Source: a virus
Lineage: Duplodnaviria > Caudoviricetes
Virus record (IMG/VR): IMGVR_UViG_3300009183_000272
Coordinates: 1 to 29,385 of that record
Strand: one strand, 5' to 3'
Length of the DNA stretch: 29,385 nt
Below are positions 1 through 8,971 of the stretch, piece after piece (within the stretch, counting starts at the first letter, position 1; each line of letters starts with the position of its first letter). Below the pieces are notes generated by a model. That model was not told the origin of the DNA and ran no database searches. It saw only the letters and a program-made list of their open reading frames with translations. Made by a program: the position numbers and the translations under genes.

Positions 1-1
1 A

Positions 2-1216
2 TATACAGGAACAACAAAGATTGTAAACATTGATTTTAATGTTAATGCGGAGTGGGCTATTGGTCAAAATGCAACGATGTACTTAAAGAAAAACGGCACA
101 TCAATTGCATCATATAACATGGGAACGGGATTTAGTGGCAATTTTTTCCAAGTAAACTTTAACCTAACAAATTATACAATCAATGTAAATGATTATTTCC
201 AAGTACATATAACATGGTCATTAGGTAGTCAACCATATGAGTTCAATAGCTTAACATCATCGGGCTTTAATTTTAATACAACTACTCCCGAGATTGTTCC
301 GGTTACATATAATGAGACTATAACAATAAACGACACAATCCCAAAGGGAATATTTCAAAAAGACTTTTTTACAAGCATATTAAAGATGTTTAATTTACTT
401 GTAACGGAGGATAAATTTATTCCGTATCACTTAAATATTGAGCCTTATGTTAATTTTTGGAGTGGGAATGTAATCGATTGGAGTAACAAATTAGACAGGA
501 GCCAACCGATTAAAATTAAGCCAATGAGCGAAATCAATGCTAGATATTACAATTTAAAATATAGACAAGACAATGATTTTTACAACGAGGATTATCGTAA
601 GAAATATAATGAGGGCTATGGTGATAGGATTTATGATAATGGTTTGGAATTTGCAAAGGATAATCAATCGGTGGAGGTAATCTTTGCAAGCTCGGTACTT
701 TTTGGCGCTGCGGGAACTGATAAGGTTTATCCGGCTATTTATAAAAAGTCAAATGAGAATACAAAAGAGGATAGCATGGATCACATTATAAGAATCATGC
801 AAATAAAAAAACTTACCGGATTAACATCATGGAACATATTAAATGGGGCAACTGTGTTAGCAAGTAAGACATCTTATCTTTATGGAGGACATTTAGATTC
901 TCCGGATGCTCCAAATACTGATATTGCCTTTGGCGCACCTAATCAATTTTATTTTACTTTGGCAAGTGGCAATTTATCAAATAACTTATTTAATACATAT
1001 TACTCACCTTATTTAGCCGAGATAACAAACAAAGATAGTAGGCTATTGAGTGGTATGTTTAATTTAACATCCATCGACATGTATAACCTTGACTTTGCAA
1101 AATTTATATTTATAGATGGCGGGGTGTATAGAATCAGTAAAATCATAGATTACTCACCGGAGACAAACGACTTAACAAAAGTTGAGCTTTTGAGGGTAAT
1201 TAACAAAACATATTAA
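2..1216 (+). CDS. Tail/baseplate structural protein, 5'-truncated by the window edge
   Basis: The frame is open from position 2 (YTGTTKIVNIDF...) into the ATG at 77. C-terminus 'FIFIDGGVYRISKIIDYSP..TKVELLRV' is typical of phage tail proteins. It abuts the tape-measure-like gene. Confidence 0.6.
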   Translation, partial: YTGTTKIVNIDFNVNAEWAIGQNATMYLKKNGTSIASYNMGTGFSGNFFQVNFNLTNYTINVNDYFQVHITWSLGSQPYEFNSLTSSGFNFNTTTPEIVPVTYNETITINDTIPKGIFQKDFFTSILKMFNLLVTEDKFIPYHLNIEPYVNFWSGNVIDWSNKLDRSQPIKIKPMSEINARYYNLKYRQDNDFYNEDYRKKYNEGYGDRIYDNGLEFAKDNQSVEVIFASSVLFGAAGTDKVYPAIYKKSNENTKEDSMDHIIRIMQIKKLTGLTSWNILNGATVLASKTSYLYGGHLDSPDAPNTDIAFGAPNQFYFTLASGNLSNNLFNTYYSPYLAEITNKDSRLLSGMFNLTSIDMYNLDFAKFIFIDGGVYRISKIIDYSPETNDLTKVELLRVINKTY

Positions 1217-1217
1217 G

Positions 1218-2702
1218 ATGGCAAAAAAAGTGGTGGCGGCCGAGATTGAGATAAAAACGGCCAATTCGATTGCGGATTTAAAAGCATTAAAAAAGCAATT
1301 AAAAGAGACTGCGGCGGGATCGGAAGAGTTTAAAAAGCTTTACAACCAAATTGATGACCTTGAGGATAAGATTAAATCATCAAAGAATGCCTCAAGCGAT
1401 TGGATTGATTCATTAGAGAGTGCGGGTGGCCCATTGGGGATGGTTGGGGCCGCATTAAATAAAGCAAAGGTTGCAACTCAATCATTTGGCGGTGCATTAA
1501 AAGCGACCGGCATTGGATTATTTGTTTCAGCTATTGGCGGACTTGTTGCGGCATTTAGTCAAAGCGATGAGGCAATGAAAAAGTTTCAACCTTTATTGAT
1601 TGGACTGCAAAAGATTTTAAATGGTATATTAGCAGCATTAGAGCCTATTATTAATGGCTTTATTGATCTTGCAACAAATGCAATGCCATATGTAACTCAA
1701 GCAATTGGAGTGGCTTATTCCGCAATTACATCATTCTTACAAGGACTTGGGATGGTTGGATCAGCGGTTAAAAAGTTTATAAGCGGAGATTTTAGCGGAG
1801 CCTGGGATGATGCCAAAAAATCAGTAACCGAATTTGGCAAAAGATATGATGAGAGTAATGCAAGGTTTATAAGCGGTACAAAAGAAGTAACAAAGATTGA
1901 AAAGGAGGAACTTGCAAAAAGAGAGGCAGCGAGAATAGCAGCCGCAGAAAAGCAGCTAGCCCTAGAAAAGAAAGAGCAAGATTTATTGATTAAGCAATAT
2001 GAGGAATATTTAAAGAGAAGAGAATTTGCAAAGAAAAATTCCGATATTATTACTCAAGATGAAATTAAAAAACTTAATCAAGAGGATGCAGATGAAAAGA
2101 AAAAAGCAGATGATTCCGAACTTGATGCAAATGTAGTTAAACAAAATAAAGCACTTGGGTTATATAAAAATGGTTTATCATCTCAAATAGTAGCGCAAAA
2201 AGAAACAAGTGATGCAAGCGCTAAAATAGTTGAAGCGGATAGGAATATGCGTGTAAATGCTGCATTAGATATTGGAGATGCTATGGTATCACTTGGATCA
2301 ATAGTTGGTGAGCAAACAATGGCGGGTAAAGCATTAGGTGTGGCATCGGCTTTAATTAATACATATGTCGGTGCATCCGAGGTAATAAGAGCAAAATCAG
2401 TATTGCCGGAGCCATTTGGTACCATCCAAAAGATTGCAAGTGTTGCGGCTATTATTGCAACAGGATTGAAAACAGTTAGGACAATAACGGCGGTTCAAGT
2501 GCCAGGAGGCGGCGGCGGTAGTATGCCATCAATGCCATCTATGTCCGCACCATTGATGCCTCAAGTATCAACAACGACATTAAACCAAGCCCAGGTTAAT
2601 CAAATTGGTAATGTTGCGGCGCGAGCATTTGTTGTTGAATCGGATGTGACCGGTAATCAAGAGAGAATCCAAAGACTTAATCGAGCGGCCCGAATTAATT
2701 AA
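1218..2702 (+). CDS. Tape-measure-like tail protein (494 aa)
   Basis: Ala/Gly-rich amphipathic and hydrophobic helices (LKATGIGLFVSAIGGLVAAF), a 'FISGDFSGAWDDAKK' TMP-type motif and a charged coiled-coil middle. Confidence 0.7.
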   Translation: MAKKVVAAEIEIKTANSIADLKALKKQLKETAAGSEEFKKLYNQIDDLEDKIKSSKNASSDWIDSLESAGGPLGMVGAALNKAKVATQSFGGALKATGIGLFVSAIGGLVAAFSQSDEAMKKFQPLLIGLQKILNGILAALEPIINGFIDLATNAMPYVTQAIGVAYSAITSFLQGLGMVGSAVKKFISGDFSGAWDDAKKSVTEFGKRYDESNARFISGTKEVTKIEKEELAKREAARIAAAEKQLALEKKEQDLLIKQYEEYLKRREFAKKNSDIITQDEIKKLNQEDADEKKKADDSELDANVVKQNKALGLYKNGLSSQIVAQKETSDASAKIVEADRNMRVNAALDIGDAMVSLGSIVGEQTMAGKALGVASALINTYVGASEVIRAKSVLPEPFGTIQKIASVAAIIATGLKTVRTITAVQVPGGGGGSMPSMPSMSAPLMPQVSTTTLNQAQVNQIGNVAARAFVVESDVTGNQERIQRLNRAARIN

Positions 2703-2731
2703 AAGTACAATGTTATAATTTTTTATATTTA
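2703..2731 (+). promoter_or_regulatory. Putative phage late promoter AAGTAC-N15-TATATTTA
   Basis: The same bipartite motif recurs just upstream of start codons at 3746-3776 and 29305-29334. Confidence 0.45.
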
Positions 2732-2736
2732 TTTAT

Positions 2737-3768
2737 ATGACTTTACCTATATATGAGCTTAAAATACAAGAGGATTTACAAGATGATGCGGAAGTGTCAT
2801 TTATAGCGCTTGTTGACAAGCCGGCCATAATGAAGGACTTTGTGGCATTTGGCCAAGAGTTTATTAACCCATCCAAAGGAGAGCAAAAGGATTCATTCTT
2901 ACCTCGCTGCATATCTTATGTAGTAAATGAGGGCAAAGATAATGAGCAAGCCGTAGCAATATGCAATTCACTTTGGGAGCAACATTTTGCGGGCCAAAAG
3001 ATTTCATTTGATTATGATGATACATTAAGCACGGATCGTGGCAAAGGACTTGCAAAGGATGCTATTGATAACGGAAATACTGTTTATATTATCTCCGCTC
3101 GTAATGATGTCAATGGGATGCTTGCAACTGCAAAAGACCTAGGAATACCCGAAAGCAGAGTTTACGCAACAGGATCAAACAAAGCAAAGGTTGAGAAGAT
3201 TAAAGAATTGTCAATCGATAAGCATTATGATAACAATAGCGATGTAATTGCGCAGCTTGGAACAATAGGAGCAAAGTTTAATTTTCAATCATTTGCTATT
3301 CAAAGCGAAGATAAGCACATTATTAGTGGCCCATTGATGCTTGCAGATGCATTAATTTATCGTAACAATTCAAAGTTTGGCGAACACTATGTCAAGTTTT
3401 CAGCGGAGACAATTAAAGAGATTGCCATCAAATTTGCTAAAAAAGGGTATCAACAAAATGTCAATTTGATGCATGATTCAAATATGAAGCTTGATGGCTT
3501 GGTGATGTTTGAAAGCTTTATTGTTGATAAGGCAAGAGGAATTTTGCCTATGGCCGGATTTGAAGATGCAAAGGATGGCTCATGGTTCGGTTCGTTCTAT
3601 GTTGAGAATCCAACGGCCTGGCAGTTGATTAAGGAAGATAAGGTAAAAGGATTCTCCGTTGAGGGTTTCTTTGACTATGTTTTACCAATTGATCGTGAAA
3701 AAAGCTATGCCGAGCAAAAACTTGCCGAACTAGCAGATTTATTAAAAGTACCTAATTCATTAAAATAA
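2737..3768 (+). CDS. XkdF-like prohead (capsid maturation) protease with an inserted HAD-like domain
   Basis: N-terminal 'IALVDKPAI' and C-terminal 'IISGPLMLAD..IYR..NLMHD..FESFIVD..GSWFGS..VKGFSVEG' match XkdF-type phage serine proteases. The insert has FDYDDTL / IISAR / K / HYDNN. It lies upstream of scaffold and capsid genes. Confidence 0.75.
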   Translation: MTLPIYELKIQEDLQDDAEVSFIALVDKPAIMKDFVAFGQEFINPSKGEQKDSFLPRCISYVVNEGKDNEQAVAICNSLWEQHFAGQKISFDYDDTLSTDRGKGLAKDAIDNGNTVYIISARNDVNGMLATAKDLGIPESRVYATGSNKAKVEKIKELSIDKHYDNNSDVIAQLGTIGAKFNFQSFAIQSEDKHIISGPLMLADALIYRNNSKFGEHYVKFSAETIKEIAIKFAKKGYQQNVNLMHDSNMKLDGLVMFESFIVDKARGILPMAGFEDAKDGSWFGSFYVENPTAWQLIKEDKVKGFSVEGFFDYVLPIDREKSYAEQKLAELADLLKVPNSLK

Positions 3769-3776
3769 TATATATA
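3746..3776 (+). promoter_or_regulatory. Putative phage late promoter AAGTAC-N17-TATATATA
   Basis: Second copy of the motif, 5 nt before the scaffold ATG. Confidence 0.4.
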
Positions 3777-3781
3777 AGAGT

Positions 3782-4372
3782 ATGGAAAACGCACAAAGTA
3801 TTTTAAACAAGGTCTCAATGTTCTTTGCGGAATTAGTTGGAGACCAAATGCCACCCGTAAGCGGTGAGCCAAAAGCAACGGAAAGTAAAATGATGGTAGC
3901 TAAATTAAAAGATGGCACTATCGTTGAAGTTACCGAGTTAATGGTTGGTGGAATAGTAACCATTAAAGGTGTTGCAGCTCCTGTTGGAGAGCATATGCTT
4001 GAAGATGGTACAACAATTGTCCTTGGTGACAATGGCGTAATTATGGAAATCAAGCCGGCTACCGAAGAGGTTGCGAATCCCGCAATCCCGGAAGAGCCAA
4101 TCGGCCAAGAGGACATGAGCGCTAAATTTGCTGCGTTCGAGAGTGCAACAAATGAAAAGTTCGCAGCTTATGAAGATAAGTTTGCAGCTTATGAAGTTAA
4201 ATTGACTCAAGCTAATAAAGTAATCGAAGGATTAATGCAAATTAGTAAGATGTTAGTTGAAGCTCCTCAAGCTCAAGCCGATTCAAGTGTTAAAAATAGC
4301 AACGCATTTAGCGAAGTTAAAAGAGATGCAAGAGCGGAGTTTGAAAATTTCTCAAAATCAATTTGTTCTTAA
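3782..4372 (+). CDS. Capsid scaffolding protein
   Basis: Acidic protein between protease and capsid genes, with a 'APVGEHMLEDGTTIVL..GVIMEI' beta domain followed by a coiled coil. Confidence 0.65.
   Translation: MENAQSILNKVSMFFAELVGDQMPPVSGEPKATESKMMVAKLKDGTIVEVTELMVGGIVTIKGVAAPVGEHMLEDGTTIVLGDNGVIMEIKPATEEVANPAIPEEPIGQEDMSAKFAAFESATNEKFAAYEDKFAAYEVKLTQANKVIEGLMQISKMLVEAPQAQADSSVKNSNAFSEVKRDARAEFENFSKSICS
4157..4198 (+). repeat. 21-nt tandem repeat encoding KFAAYE(D/V) twice
   Basis: aagttcgcagcttatgaagat / aagtttgcagcttatgaagtt. Confidence 0.8.
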
Positions 4373-4391
4373 AAATTAAAATTATAAAAAA

Positions 4392-5351
4392 ATGGCATTA
4401 TCATTCAGCGGCATAAGTGCATATACTAAACAAGAGATTGCACCTTTATTAACCGAGGCTGTATTCGCAGCAAAAACGCAATCTTTAATCAAGAGCGGTG
4501 GTATCTTATTACCTAAAACAAAGTCAAGCGTAGCGGTTCCAAAACTTGCTACAAATGCAAACTTCCAAGTTGATGCATGCGGTTGGAATCCATCCGGTAC
4601 AACAACTTTGAGCCAAGCAACTGTAACAGTTGGTAAAATCAAAATGGAAGAGACAATTTGTCCTAAAGATTTTGAAGCTTACTTCTCTCAAGAGGCTTTG
4701 AAAGCGGGATCAACTTACGAAGATTTTGGATGGGCAGAATTTCAAACAAAGTTCACCGCGCAAAAAAACAAGATGATTGCAAAGCAATTAGAAGTTGGTT
4801 TGTGGCAAGGTGATACTGATTCAGCTACTGAAAACTTAAAGCGTTTTGATGGTTTAATCAAAATCATTGATGCGGGTTCTCCTGTTAATGCGAATGTAAG
4901 TGGTTATGTAAGTGGTGGACCAATCTCTACTTTGACTGCTTCAAACATCGTTGCTTCATTAAACGGAGTTTACAAAGCAATCCCTGTTGAAATTATCGAT
5001 CAAGATGATTTAAAAGTATTCGTTGGTAATGATGCATATCGTTTAGCGGTATTAGCTTACCAAGCATTAAACCTTTACAACTACAAAGTTGATGGTGATG
5101 CAGCTCAAACTTTCATTATCCCAGGAACTAATGTTGAATTAGTTGCGGTTAATGGTTTGAACGGTACCGGTGACATATACGCTACAACTTTATCAAACAT
5201 CGCAATGGCGTTTGATTTAGAAGCAGAAGAGGAAAACTACAAAATTTGGTATTCTCAAGATACTAACGAGGTTCGTTATAGAGTAGCTTTCAAATTGGGT
5301 GTTGGTGTAGCTTACACAACTTTATGTGTTAAGTTCAAATCAACTATCTAA
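4392..5351 (+). CDS. Major capsid protein (319 aa)
   Basis: Follows protease and scaffold, has highly biased codon usage, carries 'ETICPKD' and 'LWQGDT...FDGLIK' motifs of HK97-fold-like capsids, and is followed by a terminator. Confidence 0.8.
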   Translation: MALSFSGISAYTKQEIAPLLTEAVFAAKTQSLIKSGGILLPKTKSSVAVPKLATNANFQVDACGWNPSGTTTLSQATVTVGKIKMEETICPKDFEAYFSQEALKAGSTYEDFGWAEFQTKFTAQKNKMIAKQLEVGLWQGDTDSATENLKRFDGLIKIIDAGSPVNANVSGYVSGGPISTLTASNIVASLNGVYKAIPVEIIDQDDLKVFVGNDAYRLAVLAYQALNLYNYKVDGDAAQTFIIPGTNVELVAVNGLNGTGDIYATTLSNIAMAFDLEAEEENYKIWYSQDTNEVRYRVAFKLGVGVAYTTLCVKFKSTI

Positions 5352-5368
5352 TATAATTTATAATCAAG

Positions 5369-5398
5369 AAAAGGCGGTGAAATAGCCGCCTTTTTTTT
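5369..5398 (+). terminator. Rho-independent terminator after the capsid gene
   Basis: aaaaGGCGG-tgaaatag-CCGCC followed by T8. Confidence 0.85.
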
Positions 5399-5411
5399 AA
5401 ATTTTTTTATC

Positions 5412-5930
5412 ATGCCATGTGCAATAATTTCCGGTTACACGATTGATTGTCGCGAGAATATTGGCGGTTTGTCCGCAGTATATTTAGCAGAGTTCGGCAA
5501 CATTTCGGGTGTAACCGAAGTAAGCGGTTTAGTTACCGGGATCACAAAAGTGACAGGCAAAAGATTTTATAAATTTGAGGTGCCAAGAGCGACCGCAAAT
5601 ACATCATCTAATGCGACTGCATCGGAAGAGAATGGATCAGTATTTTATACTCATCAAGTAGTATTCCCATTAAATAAGAGAGACTCAACAACTGCGAACA
5701 TAGTTCGTACACTTGCTAAAAATAAGTTAATGGTTGTTACATTGGATATGGATGGCAATTATCGTATGTACGGTAAGGGTAAAGGTTTATATCTTGCAAC
5801 AACTGAAAGCGGAAGTGGTACGGCTGCGGGTGATCGTAATGGTTACAATATCACATTAAGTGGAATAGAGGTTGATGATTTTTTACAAGTTAGTGCGGCA
5901 GTAGGAGCGGCGCTTGAGACTGCGGGATAA
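5412..5930 (+). CDS. Putative major tail tube protein (172 aa)
   Basis: Beta-rich, Thr/Gly/Ser-rich protein ('CRENIGGL', 'SEENGSVFYTH', 'GTAAGDRNGYNITLSG') with its own terminator, suggesting high expression. Confidence 0.55.
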   Translation: MPCAIISGYTIDCRENIGGLSAVYLAEFGNISGVTEVSGLVTGITKVTGKRFYKFEVPRATANTSSNATASEENGSVFYTHQVVFPLNKRDSTTANIVRTLAKNKLMVVTLDMDGNYRMYGKGKGLYLATTESGSGTAAGDRNGYNITLSGIEVDDFLQVSAAVGAALETAG

Positions 5931-5958
5931 TCCTATCTAAAAGCAGTATTTTATTTAT

Positions 5959-5991
5959 GCCCTACCTACCTGTGAGTAGGTAGGGCTTTTT
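5959..5991 (+). terminator. Rho-independent terminator
   Basis: Perfect 11-bp stem GCCCTACCTAC / GTAGGTAGGGC with a 6-nt loop, then T5. Confidence 0.9.
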
Positions 5992-6003
5992 AAATTTAAC
6001 AAG

Positions 6004-6378
6004 ATGTTGCACATATATAAAGGGCAAAATAATTACATAATATTTACGGCCGATGAGTTAACAACCATCGCAACGCCTAAATATTTATTTATTTTTACAA
6101 GTGCTACGGATAAAATAGTTAAATTTGTTGGTACAAACATTGTTGATTATAATAGGTACCAAAAAATGCTTATCTTGGATAAGGTTTTTAAGAATTACGA
6201 AGCCGGCACCTGGCGATATATTATAAGACAACAAGCAAGCTCAACAAATCTTGATCCATTATTGAGCGGTGCAATTGTTGAGGAGGGCTTTATGTATTTA
6301 CATGATGTCGACGAATGTGCGCCAACTGAATACACGGATCAATGTAACGAATTTAAAACATATAATTGTGAGCAATAA
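6004..6378 (+). CDS. Hypothetical virion protein (124 aa)
   Basis: ORF within the structural operon, overlapping the portal start. Confidence 0.6.
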   Translation: MLHIYKGQNNYIIFTADELTTIATPKYLFIFTSATDKIVKFVGTNIVDYNRYQKMLILDKVFKNYEAGTWRYIIRQQASSTNLDPLLSGAIVEEGFMYLHDVDECAPTEYTDQCNEFKTYNCEQ

Positions 6379-8359
6379 ATATCATTTAGTAAAGGTCGAA
6401 TTTGACCAAGCGCAACAACCCAAATTTGAAGAGAAGAGGGGCAAAAACTATGTTGAGTTTGGTGCTAAAAATAACTATTCAAATTACTTGATTGAGTTAT
6501 TTGGCGAAAGCCCAAAGCATGGTGCAATTGTAAAAGGTAAGGTTAATTATATTTATGGCAAAGGTTTCGCGGATGTTCCGAAAGTTGCCAATGTTGAGGG
6601 TGAGACTTGGAATCAAATTTTGAAGCGCTCTATTTTAGATGATGAGCTTCATGGTGGATTTTATTTGCAAATTGTTTACAATGCGTTAAAGCAAATCGCC
6701 GGAGTATATCATATTGAGTTCCAAAAAGTAAGGGTTTCAAAAGATATGAAATGCTTTTATGTTAAAGATGATTGGAGCAAGAGTGAATATAGAGAAGAGG
6801 CAAGAGAGTACAAAGCATTTAATCCAAAGGAGCCAAACGGCGCACAAATATTATTTGTAAAGCAGTACAATCCAAAGAGTGATATATATCCTCTTCCTTC
6901 CTATTTTCAAGGTCTTAACTACATCGAGAGTGATATTCAAGTAAGCCGACATATATTAGGTAATGCAAAGAAAAACTTTGTGGCTACTAAATTGATTAAT
7001 TTCAATAATGGCTTACCAGGTGAGGAGGAGCAAGAGGAAGTTGAGAGAGATTTAAAGAATAAGTTTGCTAATCCGGAAGGTGATCGCGTGGTGATTGCAT
7101 TTAACCCATCAAAGGAAAATTCAGTTGAGATTGTTGATCTTGGCCAAACCAATTTGACAAAAGAGGATTTCACTAATGTTAATAACTTAATCCAACAAGA
7201 GATATTCTCTTGTCATCAAGTTACAAGCCCGATGCTATTTGGTATTAAAACCGAAGGGCAATTGGGTGGCCGTAGCGAGATTCGTGATGCATATCAAATA
7301 TTCCAAAATACATATGTAAACGAGCGCCAACAACAACACGAAGTTACTTTCAATAAGTTAATGAAATTGTCCGGCATCGTTGGTGAGTTTGAGATTGTTC
7401 CGGTTGAGCCATTAAGCTTTGAGTTTAGCGAGGCCATTATGAGCGCCAATATGACACGCGATGAAATCCGTGAGAAGTTAGGCCTCGCATCGGATAACTT
7501 GGCACCACAGGGCGGCAATGTACCTCCAACGGGTAGTGAGCCAATAGCGGCTGCAAATGATAGCATTAAGAATTTAAGCGGAAGGCAATATCAAAATGTT
7601 ATGCGTATCGTTCGCCAATTTGGGAGCGGTAAGATTAACAAGCAACAAGCTGCATTGATGTTAAAGAGTGGATTTGGATTTAGCGATGATGATGTGAATA
7701 CCTTCCTGGGTATTGATGATGATCCTAAAACCGAAGAGGCCTTTGCTGATATGCAAGATGATTTGTTATTAAGTGAATTTAGCGCGTGCGGTGACAATTG
7801 CAATGAGTTTGAAGTAATTGAGACTCACGAAGCTAAAAACTTTGAGCAATTTGCGGATGCAGAGATTGACACTTTAAAGGCAAATGTCCTTGATTTGATA
7901 AGCAAAAATAAGCTTATCACTCCGGAGAACATTGGCACCATCTTAAATAAAAGCGTTGCCGAGGTTAATCTTACAATTGAAGCTTTAAAAACGGAAGGAT
8001 ATTTAAAAATAATTGGAAGAGATTTAAGCATCTTAAACCCAAAGTATAAACCTCAAGAGAGTGTGCTTACAAAGCCACTTCGCAAAATTGCGGGAGGTGA
8101 TAAAGCAACCACAACCGAGGTGCTTTTGCGTTACACATATGCCGGTCCAAGGGATGATAAAAACCGACCATTTTGTGCGCGCTTATTACAACTAGCGGAG
8201 ACAAAGCTTTGGAGCCGTTCCGATATTGAGAACATTTCCGAGCGTTTAGGCTATTCAGTATTTGATAGGAGAGGCGGTTGGTTCACGCAACCAAATGGAG
8301 TTCACCGCCCTTATTGCAGACATCGTTGGCAAGTAAAAATTGTAACTAGAAAAAAATAA
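6368..8359 (+). CDS. Portal protein with C-terminal wHTH-like and MuF-like extensions
   Basis: Probable GTG start at 6368. Portal-type motifs 'SPKHGAIVKGKVNYIYGKG', 'YPLPSY' and 'HQVTSPMLFGIKTEGQLGGRSE'. C-terminal 'RPFC...PYCRHRW' resembles Phage_Mu_F minor head domains. Confidence 0.8.
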   Translation: MSNKYHLVKVEFDQAQQPKFEEKRGKNYVEFGAKNNYSNYLIELFGESPKHGAIVKGKVNYIYGKGFADVPKVANVEGETWNQILKRSILDDELHGGFYLQIVYNALKQIAGVYHIEFQKVRVSKDMKCFYVKDDWSKSEYREEAREYKAFNPKEPNGAQILFVKQYNPKSDIYPLPSYFQGLNYIESDIQVSRHILGNAKKNFVATKLINFNNGLPGEEEQEEVERDLKNKFANPEGDRVVIAFNPSKENSVEIVDLGQTNLTKEDFTNVNNLIQQEIFSCHQVTSPMLFGIKTEGQLGGRSEIRDAYQIFQNTYVNERQQQHEVTFNKLMKLSGIVGEFEIVPVEPLSFEFSEAIMSANMTRDEIREKLGLASDNLAPQGGNVPPTGSEPIAAANDSIKNLSGRQYQNVMRIVRQFGSGKINKQQAALMLKSGFGFSDDDVNTFLGIDDDPKTEEAFADMQDDLLLSEFSACGDNCNEFEVIETHEAKNFEQFADAEIDTLKANVLDLISKNKLITPENIGTILNKSVAEVNLTIEALKTEGYLKIIGRDLSILNPKYKPQESVLTKPLRKIAGGDKATTTEVLLRYTYAGPRDDKNRPFCARLLQLAETKLWSRSDIENISERLGYSVFDRRGGWFTQPNGVHRPYCRHRWQVKIVTRKK

Positions 8360-8363
8360 TTTT

Positions 8364-8936
8364 ATGAGTTTAAATATACTTTTTATTAATGAGGAGCTTA
8401 TCAAAAGTCGCACGGCAATAAGCACAGGCATCGATGGTAAGCAAATTTTACCGGTTATCAAGTTGGCTCAAGATAAGTTTTTATTGCCGGCGCTTGGTAC
8501 ATCTTTATTTCGTAGGTTACAAGATGGGGTTGAGAATAATGATTTAAGCACGGATGAGAAATCTTTGCTTAATGATTATGTAACGGATTGTCTTTTATGG
8601 TTCACACTTGCCGAGATGGTTATGGCAACATCGTTCCAATTTTTTAGCAAAGGATTAATGCAGAAAACTGCGGAGGAAAGCAACTCACCAAGTAAGGGCC
8701 AATTGGAATTATTACAAAGGTCCTACATGAGCAATGGTGAGTTTTACAAGACAAGATTAATTGATTATCTTCGTGAAAACTCCGAGTTGTTTGATGAGTA
8801 CTTAAACTATGGTAGCGGATTTGATATCATAGCGCCACAAATTAAAGCATATACTTCGCCAATATTTTTGGGAAGGAGAGGAGCAACACGAAGAGTTAGT
8901 AACCTAGATTTACCTCATGAAAATACGCAGTTATAA
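8364..8936 (+). CDS. Putative head-tail adaptor protein (190 aa)
   Basis: Helical protein directly after the portal ('IKLAQDKFLLPALGTSLF', 'RLIDYL'). Confidence 0.5.
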   Translation: MSLNILFINEELIKSRTAISTGIDGKQILPVIKLAQDKFLLPALGTSLFRRLQDGVENNDLSTDEKSLLNDYVTDCLLWFTLAEMVMATSFQFFSKGLMQKTAEESNSPSKGQLELLQRSYMSNGEFYKTRLIDYLRENSELFDEYLNYGSGFDIIAPQIKAYTSPIFLGRRGATRRVSNLDLPHENTQL

Positions 8937-8971
8937 AAGGGAGTTTTTAGACAAAGTAAAACAAAAATTCA

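Noticed and set aside
2505-2560. GGC and ATGCCATC short repeats in the tape-measure-like gene
   Set aside because: They simply encode a low-complexity GGGGSMPSMPSM linker.
6269-6367. ORF-track start of the portal at 6269
   Set aside because: It would overlap the upstream gene by ~110 nt with non-portal-like sequence; GTG at 6368 gives a normal short overlap.
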